DNA of 36,974 bases from a virus: positions 1 to 36,974 of IMG/VR virus record IMGVR_UViG_3300045988_122510; one strand, given 5' to 3'. Below the pieces are notes generated by a model that saw only the letters and a list, made by a program, of their open reading frames with translations, was not told the origin of the DNA and did no database searches. Shown piece after piece: positions 14,044 through 22,871 of this stretch. The position numbers and the translations under genes are program-made. The stretch's first letter is position 1. Every line of letters starts with the position of its first letter.

Positions 14044-16533
14044 GTGAAGGCACATACAAGCCAATTTAAAGAAGATATAGTTACAATAGGTCGTCAGTTA
14101 GACAGCAAAATAACTTATGAATTAAATGGAGTGACACAAACTTTAGTGAGTGAGGACTTAAATGGTGTTACTCCCACCTTTCAGGGTACTATTTTAAAAT
14201 CAGTAATGAAAGAATTGGATTTAGATAGTAATATAGATATTCCTTTGGGTACTACTTTAAAGTATCAATTTGGAGTCAAATCATTAGATGGAAATTATGA
14301 ATATCTTGATTATGGCAATTATATTGTTTATTCGAGTGAAAAACAAGAGGATACAAGCTCTTACAAAATAGTTTGCTACGACAAATTGCTTTATTCAATG
14401 AAACAAAATGAGGACTTAGGAGTTACTTACCCTATAAGTGTAAGGAACTATATTAATGCTTTGTGTACTAAATTAGGGCTTAAATTTAAAAATAAAAATG
14501 ACGAGTTTGCCAATTATAATAGAATGCTTGACAAAGAATTATATGTTGGACTCGATTATACATATAGAGATATATTCGATGAACTAGCACAAGTTACGGC
14601 AAGTACAATTTGCTTAGATAATGAAGACAAAGTCGAAATTAGATATATTTCAAAAGAAGCAATTGATACTATTGATGAAAATTTTTTGAAAGATATTAAT
14701 GTTAATTTTGGCCAAAAATACGGGCCTGTAAACTCCATAGTTTTATCTAGAGGTGAAAGTGATAATGTCTATTTGCAAGACGAAAATAGCATAAATGATA
14801 ATGGTTTGACTGAAATAAAAATAAAAGATAATCAAATAATGAATTGGAATGACAGAAGTGATTATCTTCCTGATATTTTAGAGAAGTTGGATGGGTTAGA
14901 ATACTACTTAAATGATTTTTCAAGCACAGGAATAGCCTATTTAGATTTGTGTGATAGATATAATATTAAAGTATTTGATAATACTTATTCTTGTATAATG
15001 TTTAATGATGAATTGTTGGTTACACAAGGACTAGAAGAAAACATTCACACAGATATGCCTGAAGAAACTCAAACCGATTATACAAAAGCAGATAAAACTG
15101 ACAGAAAAATAAATAACATTTCCATTATTGTCGATAAACAACAACAACAAATAGATTTATTGAGTGAGAAAATTGTAGATATATCAACTACAACCAGTTC
15201 TTTTGCAAGTGTAAGTATAACAAATGCTGCCACAGGTAATCCTTATAATATAACTTTAACTGGTAATATAGATTACCCGGTAATTGGCAAAGAAAGTTAT
15301 GGTAGTTCTTCAACCAAAAGTGGTGTTTTTAAATCTGGAGTAACTTTTGCCAGAAGCCCAAAAAACTATGTAAAAGATTTAATAATTGGAAAGTTTAAAG
15401 TAGATGCTCCTATATTGGAGATATATAAAAACGATGAGCTACTAGAAAAATATAGATTACCGATAACTCACATATATGCTTTTGGAAGAGAAAAAGACGA
15501 GTTTCAGATAAATAACAAACAAATGCAATTTATTCAAAAAATAGGTGTAAACAATGATGGAACAAAATATATTTTGAAAAAACCTATAGTACATGACTTA
15601 GGCGAAATAAATATAGTTATTCCTGAAGGAGATAGTGTTTTAAAAATAAGAGGCTTGAATATATCTGTAACTTATCTTAATAAAAATGATTACACTGATC
15701 AATTTGCTACAAAAGTAGAGGTAACAAACGATATTAAAGTTGCTAGTGACCAGATTCTGATAGAAAGTAAGTCTCAGATTTTAGATAATGGCGATGAATT
15801 AATAGCAAGTATTAATACTACTTCTACTGGTAAAGTTAAAATTAAAGCAAGCGACACAATTGCTTTAGAGGGTACTACGACCGTTGGTGATAAAATCAAG
15901 TTCAACTTAGATGGTTCCATAACTGCTCAAGATTTAAGATTATTAGATGGTGGTCAAGTTATCGGTGGTGATGGGTTACTTACGAGTATGCAATTTGAAA
16001 GTGTTGGTGAATACAATGGTTATTCTTTTTTGGGATTTAACTACAATATAAATGGAACTGAACTATTCAACTCAGCGGTAAGTGTAACGTTTAATATTCC
16101 CGATAATTTCACTGTCGATAGTGCATATGCTACTCTTTTACAAACAGTTGTGAATTGGTGGGATTTTAGTAATAATGAAATTGTAGGACACGCGAGAAAC
16201 TTAAAACTTTATAAAGATTTTAGTGGAAATGTTGATGAAATGTATGGTGGCTATAATTCTGGTTATTGGATTACCAACACAAATTTAGGCGGTGAAGAAA
16301 TAATTAATGCTTTTGGAAGTGCTACATATACTCCTAAAGTCAATCAATCTGGTAGCTTAGACATAGTTACAAGTATAAATATTGGTGACAAAGTTGAAAA
16401 CGGTATAAACACATTTTTTGTCAGAACAACAGATACCACGAGTAGTACACAAGAAAGCTCAACAGATGCTTGTAGCAAAACTGGACGTGCCAAGTTAATT
16501 GTTCAAGTTATTGGTCATACAAGTTTTCAATAG
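14044..16533 (+). CDS. tail-tip / tail-associated minor structural protein
   Basis: 829 aa, with a GTG start after AGGAGG. N-terminus MKAHTSQFKEDI... is typical of Firmicute phage minor structural (Tal-like) proteins. Confidence 0.7.
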   Translation: MKAHTSQFKEDIVTIGRQLDSKITYELNGVTQTLVSEDLNGVTPTFQGTILKSVMKELDLDSNIDIPLGTTLKYQFGVKSLDGNYEYLDYGNYIVYSSEKQEDTSSYKIVCYDKLLYSMKQNEDLGVTYPISVRNYINALCTKLGLKFKNKNDEFANYNRMLDKELYVGLDYTYRDIFDELAQVTASTICLDNEDKVEIRYISKEAIDTIDENFLKDINVNFGQKYGPVNSIVLSRGESDNVYLQDENSINDNGLTEIKIKDNQIMNWNDRSDYLPDILEKLDGLEYYLNDFSSTGIAYLDLCDRYNIKVFDNTYSCIMFNDELLVTQGLEENIHTDMPEETQTDYTKADKTDRKINNISIIVDKQQQQIDLLSEKIVDISTTTSSFASVSITNAATGNPYNITLTGNIDYPVIGKESYGSSSTKSGVFKSGVTFARSPKNYVKDLIIGKFKVDAPILEIYKNDELLEKYRLPITHIYAFGREKDEFQINNKQMQFIQKIGVNNDGTKYILKKPIVHDLGEINIVIPEGDSVLKIRGLNISVTYLNKNDYTDQFATKVEVTNDIKVASDQILIESKSQILDNGDELIASINTTSTGKVKIKASDTIALEGTTTVGDKIKFNLDGSITAQDLRLLDGGQVIGGDGLLTSMQFESVGEYNGYSFLGFNYNINGTELFNSAVSVTFNIPDNFTVDSAYATLLQTVVNWWDFSNNEIVGHARNLKLYKDFSGNVDEMYGGYNSGYWITNTNLGGEEIINAFGSATYTPKVNQSGSLDIVTSINIGDKVENGINTFFVRTTDTTSSTQESSTDACSKTGRAKLIVQVIGHTSFQ

Positions 16534-16542
16534 GAGGATTAA

Positions 16543-16701
16543 ATGGAAAAATTCGAAATAGATAATAAAAAACCAACTTATATGATATATAAAAGTATAG
16601 AAGACGAAATCAATAAATTATATGAACTTATTGCCGATTTGAAAAAAGAACAAGAAAATGTTACAATAGAAAGAGAGGAAGATAAACAATGGAAAAAATA
16701 A
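16543..16701 (+). CDS. small coiled-coil protein (52 aa), not in the ORF track
   Basis: SD AGGAGG upstream. Translation is MEKFEIDNKKPTYMIYKSIEDEINKLYELIADLKKEQENVTIEREEDKQWKK. Confidence 0.45.
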   Translation: MEKFEIDNKKPTYMIYKSIEDEINKLYELIADLKKEQENVTIEREEDKQWKK

Positions 16702-17204
16702 ATTTTCAAGATGCCACTCTTACAACACAAGCGTACGTTACTATAGAGGACAAAAATTATAATGTTATAGATAGTGTTTATGAAGGTGGAACTGATTTAA
16801 ATGCAGAGATTTTTAATCAAATGCAAGATAACATCGAAAATGCAATAAAATTAATACATCCAATTGGTAGTATATATATGACAACAGTCGCTACAAATCC
16901 TAGCGAAATATTTGGCTTTGGTACATGGGAATTATGGGGAAAAGGTAGGGTTCCTGTAGGTGTAGACATTAATAATCCTAAGTTCGAAGTAGTTGAAAAA
17001 ACAGGAGGGGAAGAAACTCATACGTTAACAATAGAAGAAATGCCTAATCATTCAGGACACGTTGTTGGTGGTATAACAACATTTTCGCCACTAGCAGGTA
17101 GTGGAATTGCTGGAACTAGTAACCCAGAGGCAATAGGTGGAGGACAGGCGCATAACAACTTACAACCATATATAACTTGTTATATGTTTAAAAGAATTGC
17201 ATAA
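16689..17204 (+). CDS. tail fibre protein with a phage tail collar domain
   Basis: HPIGSIYMT...FGFGTWELWGKGRVPVGVD...GGEETHTLTIEEMPNHSGH...GGGQAHNNLQPYITCYMFKRI matches the tail collar signature. Confidence 0.75.
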   Translation: MEKINFQDATLTTQAYVTIEDKNYNVIDSVYEGGTDLNAEIFNQMQDNIENAIKLIHPIGSIYMTTVATNPSEIFGFGTWELWGKGRVPVGVDINNPKFEVVEKTGGEETHTLTIEEMPNHSGHVVGGITTFSPLAGSGIAGTSNPEAIGGGQAHNNLQPYITCYMFKRIA

Positions 17205-17224
17205 TTAAAAAAGAGGTGATAAAA

Positions 17225-17818
17225 ATGGCTTATGTAAAACAAATTTGGGAAGATGGCGTTACACCTTGTGATGCCGAACACATGAATCACATTGAAGATG
17301 GTATTTATGAAAATTCCAATTTAGATACTGAAATGAGTACCATTTCAGAAAAGGCAGTTCAAAATAAAACTATTACTAATTATATAGGAGAAATTTCTAA
17401 TTTAAATACGACTGATAAAAGCAATGTAGTAAATGCAATTAATGAAATTACTAGCAGAGCAAGTAATAGCAAAATATTTTTTCTGACATCAAATTACACT
17501 ATTTCCTCTGCTGAGGCAACTATTATAAATGAGAGCAAAATAAAATTAAATACAAGTGGTAGAAAAATATTAGCTATGATTTCAGCACCTGTGCATGGAG
17601 CTGGTGCAGGTTCTCCAAGATTGGGTATAGCTGTAGATGGAAGCTTAAAAAGTAGTATATTAGTAACTTCAACACAAAATGTTATTAATGAATTTACAAC
17701 AATTTTATCTTTAGAAGCTGGGGAACACGAATTTGCTATAAGTATGTCAAAAGGTAATGATACTTCTGTGACATTTCAGGCATATTTAGGTGCAAGCATT
17801 TCAATAATAGAATTATAA
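17225..17818 (+). CDS. tail fibre / receptor-binding associated protein
   Basis: ATG 17225 lies 7 nt after AGAGGTGA. N-terminus AYVKQIWEDGVTPCDAEHMNHIEDGI is a common fibre N-terminal motif. Confidence 0.55.
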   Translation: MAYVKQIWEDGVTPCDAEHMNHIEDGIYENSNLDTEMSTISEKAVQNKTITNYIGEISNLNTTDKSNVVNAINEITSRASNSKIFFLTSNYTISSAEATIINESKIKLNTSGRKILAMISAPVHGAGAGSPRLGIAVDGSLKSSILVTSTQNVINEFTTILSLEAGEHEFAISMSKGNDTSVTFQAYLGASISIIEL

Positions 17819-17838
17819 TTATAAAGGAGTAATAAAAA

Positions 17839-18021
17839 ATGAAAAAAACAGTTAAATATGCTTTAAATATACTTGCAATAATCAATGCTTTAATAATTGG
17901 TATTGCTCCAATTTGGAATATAAATGCTGACAAAGTAACCAATACTATAGCAGTGATTATAGCAGTGTTCAGTACTTATCTGTTAGGAGATAAAGCGGCT
18001 ACAAAAATAGGAGGGAAATAA
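17839..18021 (+). CDS. holin
   Basis: 60 aa with two hydrophobic helices and a charged C-terminus. It lies immediately upstream of the endolysin. Confidence 0.65.
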   Translation: MKKTVKYALNILAIINALIIGIAPIWNINADKVTNTIAVIIAVFSTYLLGDKAATKIGGK

Positions 18022-18022
18022 A

Positions 18023-18118
18023 ATGGAAAAAGAAATAGTAACACCGACCGAGGCAATAATTGACAAAGAGCCAGAGGTTACAATAATGAAGCAAATAGAA
18101 GATGAAAAGGAGGATTAA
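18023..18118 (+). CDS. tiny acidic ORF (31 aa), not in the ORF track
   Basis: SD GGAGGG upstream. Translation is MEKEIVTPTEAIIDKEPEVTIMKQIEDEKED. Confidence 0.35.
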   Translation: MEKEIVTPTEAIIDKEPEVTIMKQIEDEKED

Positions 18119-18120
18119 TT

Positions 18121-18187
18121 ATGAATTTTCAAGAATTTATCAATAAAACTTTAGGAAAGGCTATTGATGTAGATGGAGTATATGGGT
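18121..18187 (+). CDS. CHAP-domain endolysin, exon 1
   Basis: SD AAGGAGG upstream. Translation is MNFQEFINKTLGKAIDVDGVYG. The frame stops 2 codons past the proposed splice site. Confidence 0.8.
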
Positions 18188-19033
18188 TAAATTAATTGTG
18201 GCTCATGTAAAATCAGGTGAATTGCTGGAACACCCTTAGAGCCTTATAAACTACAACATAGTTAGTAATAACAAGTGTGAATGTTTGAAAATTATAAGGA
18301 TTGGGCAATCAGCAACCAAGTATCATTGGTAACAGGTGATAAAGGCTTAACGACTAAGTACTTACAATCGTAAGTTAGTGCCTGATAATGTAATCATTTT
18401 GAAATATTATTACTTTGGGGTATAATAGACATAAACGAGGCGATAATATGAAAATAAAACATGGTATGTGTGGTACAAAAGCATATCAAGCATGGAAAGC
18501 GATGAAGCAAAGATGTTATAACAAAAATTATGAACATTATGATAGATACGGTGGCAGAGGAATAAAAGTATCAGAAGAATGGATTAATTCTTTTGAAGTA
18601 TTTTATAAAGATATGGGAAAGCCTCCAACTTCGAAACATCAAATAGATAGAATAAATAATGACGGCAATTATTGTAAAGATAATTGCAGATGGGCAACAC
18701 CATCAGAAAATTGTTATAATAGAAAAAAATATTTTAATAAGACAGGATTTACAGGTGTTAGTGAAAACACTAGCAAAAAAGGAAGATATTCAGCATATTT
18801 CTTCTACAAAAGGAAACATATACAAGTCGGAACATTTGCAAGTCCTGAAGAAGCATATCGTGAAAGAATAAAAGCAATAAAGAAATTCAACAAAGAAAAT
18901 AATGAGAATTTAAAATATATTGAATATGAAGATTACATTAAAGATATAGTCTGACCTTATGTGAAAGCATAAGAGAATTATTATAAAAACATAAAAAGAA
19001 ATTATTATGTGGAGAGATAATTCGTAACAATTG
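18188..19033 (+). mobile_element. group I intron (846 nt) in the endolysin gene
   Basis: The internal guide TTGTGGCTCAT (18196-18206) pairs with the ligated exons ATGGGT|CACAA. P1 is 18182-18187 with a U-G pair at the splice site. P10 is 19034-19038. The intron ends in G. Exon lengths 67+701 = 768 nt, in frame. Confidence 0.85.
18448..18954 (+). CDS. intron-encoded HNH (HNH_3-type) endonuclease with an AP2-like DNA-binding domain
   Basis: IDRINNDGNYCKDNCRWATPSENCYN is the HNH_3 core. FTGVS...YSAYFFYKRKHIQVGTFASPEEAYRERIKA is AP2-like. ATG 18448 follows an SD. The track start at 18415 is a TTG. Confidence 0.8.
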   Translation: MKIKHGMCGTKAYQAWKAMKQRCYNKNYEHYDRYGGRGIKVSEEWINSFEVFYKDMGKPPTSKHQIDRINNDGNYCKDNCRWATPSENCYNRKKYFNKTGFTGVSENTSKKGRYSAYFFYKRKHIQVGTFASPEEAYRERIKAIKKFNKENNENLKYIEYEDYIKDIV

Positions 19034-19734
19034 CACAATGCGTAGATTTATTTAACTACTTTAACAAACTATACAATAACGGAGTATATATTAACTGTAG
19101 ACCAAGTGGTTATGCACGCTCTATAGCTCAAAACAAGGCAAATAATGGACTATTAAACTACTATACCGAAACTACAGTAAATAATATGATTTTCGGAACT
19201 GTTGTTGTTTGGGGTGAGTGTAGAATAGCACCTAAGAGTCATATAGGCTTTTTCCTAGAAGATAATGGAAATGGAACTTTCAAATGCTTACAGCAGAATG
19301 CACCGAAACCATACACTACTATCAATAATATGCCATACGAGGGCATTATAGGAGCATTCATTCCTAAACAGTTAATTAGGCAAGAACAACCTAAAGAAGC
19401 TGACCAAGTGCTTAGTATAGGCTCTAGAGTTAAGTTTAATGGAATGTTTAAAGTAACTTGTTTAGACATACCTCATAATTTATTTGGTAGTACACAACTA
19501 ACTGGTAGAACAGTAGCAAGTTATCATTGGTTGCCTAGTGAAGACTTTACAGAAGTAGATGGGAATGGAAATCCTACCGAAGACCAAATGTTAGGAATTG
19601 GAAGCTTAGTTAAAAATGACAAGATTTATACAGTACAAGCTACTGATAAGAAATCTAATTCTGCTATGTTAAATATTAACGGTAGAACAGTATGGGTATT
19701 TAGTGGAAATTTATATGAGGTAAGCAATTCGTGA
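19034..19734 (+). CDS. CHAP-domain endolysin, exon 2 (CHAP core plus SH3b-like repeats)
   Basis: Splicing gives DVDGVYG-S-QCVDLFNYF, which contains the CHAP catalytic Cys motif. The His motif SHIGFFLED lies downstream. The C-terminus has two IGS-x-VK repeats. Confidence 0.8.
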
Positions 19735-20027
19735 ATACAATAATAAATACAGCCATAAGTACTATTACAGGATTGGTTATAGGATATTTAGTTAAATGCC
19801 TTGCTAGTCATGGCAAGAAAGATAAAGTGCAAAATAAAGCATTAAGGAATTTATTAAAGAGCAACTTAGTAAATCAATATTATGTATATGCAGAAATCGG
19901 CAAAATACCAAGATATGTTAAAGAAGCTTGGTACGATATGTTTGAAAGTTATAGTGAGCTAGGTGGCAACTCATATGTTAAACACTCAATAGAGCCAAAA
20001 TTTGCACAGTTAGAAGTAGAAGATTGA
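19731..20027 (+). CDS. membrane-anchored protein in the lysis cassette
   Basis: The GTG start overlaps the endolysin stop. There is an N-terminal TM helix. 98 aa. Confidence 0.5.
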   Translation: MNTIINTAISTITGLVIGYLVKCLASHGKKDKVQNKALRNLLKSNLVNQYYVYAEIGKIPRYVKEAWYDMFESYSELGGNSYVKHSIEPKFAQLEVED

Positions 20028-20052
20028 CATTTTGTCATAAAATATTTATAAT
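20024..20052 (+). promoter_or_regulatory. perfect consensus sigma-A promoter
   Basis: TTGACA (20024-20029), exactly 17 nt, TATAAT (20047-20052). Confidence 0.7.
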
Positions 20053-20075
20053 ATGTCGACAAGAGGAGGAATAAT

Positions 20076-20273
20076 ATGAAAGAAAAAGATTTAGCAAGTA
20101 GTATTATTGCAAAACAGTTTTGGACAATAATTATTTTAATCGTAGCTTTAGTTGGAACTAATATTGCATGGATTTGGTATATTAACCAATACGATTTTGT
20201 TACTGAAACTGTAGAACAACAAGCAGAAAATGGTGACAATTCAAGTATAAATCAAACGGAGATTGGTGATTAA
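20076..20273 (+). CDS. small membrane protein
   Basis: 65 aa with SD GAGGAGG and one central TM helix. Confidence 0.55.
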   Translation: MKEKDLASSIIAKQFWTIIILIVALVGTNIAWIWYINQYDFVTETVEQQAENGDNSSINQTEIGD

Positions 20274-20348
20274 TAATGGCTAAAGCATATCAAAAAGTAA
20301 CTAGAACATCAAGAATAAAAAGTACTAATAACAATGTTAAAAAAGGAA

Positions 20349-20603
20349 ATAAAAATGCAAAAACTCGCCGAGTTGCTAAAAGAAAAAAATAAACATTTTG
20401 ATTTTCAATTTACAGATAAAGAATATGAATATTTTATGGCTAATGCAAGATTAAAACCAATAGAAAAACAAGTTTTGGAAATGAGAAGAAAAGATATGAC
20501 AAGAGTTGCAATTGCATTAGAACTTGGTACATGCGTTAGTAATGTTGATAAAATTATTAGAAAAATAAAAAATAAAATTATAAAATGTATAATTTTTGGG
20601 TAG
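20349..20603 (+). CDS. sigma-70 region 4-like / ArpU-like transcriptional regulator
   Basis: LKPIEKQVLEMRRKDMTRVAIALELGTCVSNVDKIIRKIKNKI resembles a region-4 HTH. ATG 20349 follows AAAAGGAAA. The track start is 20334. Confidence 0.45.
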   Translation: MKMQKLAELLKEKNKHFDFQFTDKEYEYFMANARLKPIEKQVLEMRRKDMTRVAIALELGTCVSNVDKIIRKIKNKIIKCIIFG

Positions 20604-20756
20604 GAATCGTAAAGGTTCTTATTCTTTTTTTAATTTATAATGAATTTATAAACAGGAGATAATTTTGATTTATAGAAGGAGGAGAATAATGATTAATAAC
20701 GATAAGAAACGTCATTTATATATTATTCTTCTTTTATTTTAGATTGGAGGTTTAAG

Positions 20757-21200
20757 ATGTATAATCCATATAATAATCAAATGTATATGCAAGATTTACA
20801 AGGCTTGAGAGATAGAATTGATAGACAAATGCAGATTGCTAATCAAAATCAACCACAAACTGCACCTATAACACAAAATTTCCAATTAGCACCAAACCAA
20901 AATTCAGGTGGAATCAAATATGTAAATTCAATTGATGACGTTAAAAAAGAATTAGTTTTTGCTGATACGTTATTTGTAAATAAAGAATATTCTCAATTGT
21001 GGTATAAAAATGCTTCTGGCGAAATAAAAACATATGAATTGAAAGAAATTATCGAGTTAGATGAAAAAGACCGCAAAATAGCTGAGTTGGAAGCCAAAAT
21101 TGATATGTTGGTAAAGGAGAAAGAAAATGAACAATATGCTAATGAAAATGTTAATGGGACAACTTCAGGCAAGAAATCCACAAATGGCAAGTCAAATTAG
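20757..21200 (+). CDS. Q/N-rich protein with a C-terminal coiled coil
   Basis: 147 aa with SD GGAGG. N-terminus MYNPYNNQMYMQDLQ...NQNQPQTAP. Confidence 0.55.
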   Translation: MYNPYNNQMYMQDLQGLRDRIDRQMQIANQNQPQTAPITQNFQLAPNQNSGGIKYVNSIDDVKKELVFADTLFVNKEYSQLWYKNASGEIKTYELKEIIELDEKDRKIAELEAKIDMLVKEKENEQYANENVNGTTSGKKSTNGKSN

Positions 21201-21351
21201 TCAAGCAATGCAAAGTGGAACAAATCCGCAATCTTTAATGAAGCAAATGATGGGTAATATGGATAATAATCAGATTCAGAATGCTTTAAATCAGGCTAAA
21301 CAGATTGGTGTACCAGACAACATACTTAAACAAATGCAAAATATTAAATAG
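21127..21351 (+). CDS. Met/Gln/Asn-rich small protein
   Basis: 74 aa with SD AAAGGAG 8 nt upstream of the ATG. It overlaps the previous ORF by 74 nt. Confidence 0.5.
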   Translation: MNNMLMKMLMGQLQARNPQMASQISQAMQSGTNPQSLMKQMMGNMDNNQIQNALNQAKQIGVPDNILKQMQNIK

Positions 21352-21406
21352 TTTAAAACTAGTAATAGTTTTAATATATATATTTTTTTGAAAGGAGGTG
21401 TTATTA

Positions 21407-22054
21407 ATGGAAGCAATGCAAACTGCTGGAATAGTACCAACTATGGATTATTCAAGAAATAATGATGGATTTGGAGATGGTGCTTGGTTTTGGATTATCA
21501 TAATCTTATTTGCTTTTTGGGGAAACGGTTTTAATAGAAACAATGGATTAGAAACTGACATTGATACTCGCTTTTTAGAAAGAGATATCTTTAACACTAA
21601 TCAAAATGTTTCAACAAGTGCTTGTCAAACTCAAAGAGATGTTCTTGAAAATCGTTATGCTTTAGGAACAGGAATCTTAGAAAACAGATTTAATTGTTCT
21701 CAAAATGCTTGCGAAACTCAAAAAGAAGTATTGCAAAATAGATATGATAATGCTTTACAAACTCAAACATTATCTTCTCAAATAGCTCAATGTTGCTGTG
21801 ATTTAAGAGCTGACAATTTAGCTAACACTCAAAAAGTAATTGACATTATCCAACAAGATAAAATCGACCAATTAAGAGACCAAGTTTATACAACAAATCA
21901 AGCTCTTAATAATGCTAATTTGGCAAATACGGTCATCAATGCTGTTAGACCTACACCAGTACCTGCGTATTTAAGCTGTTCACCATATTTTGCTTATAAT
22001 ATGGGTTATGGTTGTAACAATGGATGTGGTTGTGGAAATGCTACAATTATATAA
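21407..22054 (+). CDS. membrane-anchored Cys-rich protein with internal CxTQ(R/K)(D/E)VL(E/Q)NRY repeats
   Basis: ATG 21407 follows AAAGGAGGTG. TM segment AWFWIIIILFAFWG. Repeats ACQTQRDVLENRYA and ACETQKEVLQNRYD. C-terminus YGCNNGCGCGNATII. Confidence 0.55.
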   Translation: MEAMQTAGIVPTMDYSRNNDGFGDGAWFWIIIILFAFWGNGFNRNNGLETDIDTRFLERDIFNTNQNVSTSACQTQRDVLENRYALGTGILENRFNCSQNACETQKEVLQNRYDNALQTQTLSSQIAQCCCDLRADNLANTQKVIDIIQQDKIDQLRDQVYTTNQALNNANLANTVINAVRPTPVPAYLSCSPYFAYNMGYGCNNGCGCGNATII

Positions 22055-22126
22055 TGCAAATGCCTATTGGTAACCTGATTACAGGAACTTGCAAAAAAAC
22101 ATTTTTCTGATGTTAGGAAAGTGATG

Positions 22127-22157
22127 AAGATAGGCTTAAAAACCTATCTTTTATTTT
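22127..22157 (+). terminator. intrinsic terminator
   Basis: AAGATAGG-cttaaaaa-CCTATCTT followed by TTATTTT. Confidence 0.6.
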
Positions 22158-22185
22158 AATTAATATAGAAAGGAATGATAAAGAA

Positions 22186-22626
22186 ATGATAAATTCAGTA
22201 CAAGAAACTGCTTTAACTTTGGCTAGCAATACCGCTAACATTTCATTTGGAGCAGACGTTGTTAGAACTCGTTCAGCCAATTGTGTGTGCGGAGGATGGT
22301 TAAATCATTCAATAGGAAGTACTCAGTATCAAATAACTAGCCCAGGTATTTATGAAATTATGTTTAATACAAATGTAACTTCTGCTACTGTTGGTGTTAC
22401 TGCTCTAGGTATTAAAGCAAATGGCGAATTATTAAGTGGTACAGAAATGGACTATACTGTTGCTACTGCTAATACTTATGGAAATGTATCAGCTAATAGA
22501 TTAGTTCGTATATGCGGTAATGGTTCTACTACTATAACAGTTGGTTCTTTAGCTACTAGTGATGCTACTGCTACTCAAATACCTATTGTTAAAAATTCTT
22601 CATTGATAATCAAAAAAGTTGCTTAA
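22186..22626 (+). CDS. BclA C-terminal domain-like (exosporium C1q/TNF-like fold) protein
   Basis: GIYEIMFNTNVTSATVGVTALGIKANGELLSGT and the ending SSLIIKKVA parallel my recollection of the B. anthracis BclA CTD (FYKITVIANTATASVLGGLTIQVNG..., ending SIIIEKVA). There is no collagen-like region. Confidence 0.6.
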   Translation: MINSVQETALTLASNTANISFGADVVRTRSANCVCGGWLNHSIGSTQYQITSPGIYEIMFNTNVTSATVGVTALGIKANGELLSGTEMDYTVATANTYGNVSANRLVRICGNGSTTITVGSLATSDATATQIPIVKNSSLIIKKVA

Positions 22627-22871
22627 TGAATAATGAAACTAAAATGCCATGGAATTATGATATTTTAAATATCATTTCTATAGCAAGTTATTTGCTTTCA
22701 ATTCAAAATTTGCAATTGAATCAACAAGATTTATCTAATAATAATCTTAATGAACATTTGCAAGAACAAGATAAAATATTAAACGAGCAAAATGAAAAAT
22801 ATTTAACAAAAATAATTCAACAAAATGAAGAAATTATAAAACTTCTGAAAGGAGGTAAAAATGAAAATTAA
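22626..22871 (+). CDS. hypothetical Q/N-rich coiled-coil protein
   Basis: 81-aa ORF with TAATG coupling. Confidence 0.5.
   Translation: MNNETKMPWNYDILNIISIASYLLSIQNLQLNQQDLSNNNLNEHLQEQDKILNEQNEKYLTKIIQQNEEIIKLLKGGKNEN

Noticed and set aside
18659-18871. A 70-aa ORF nested in another frame of the HNH-AP2 gene.
   Set aside because: It lies completely inside a well-supported endonuclease gene, has no SD, and shows no recognisable motifs.
20276-20392. A 38-aa highly basic ORF (MAKAYQKVTRTSRIKSTNNNVKKGNKNAKTRRVAKRKK).
   Set aside because: It overlaps the start region of the sigma-like regulator gene in another frame and has only a weak SD. I cannot decide from sequence alone whether it is translated, so it is not listed as a feature.
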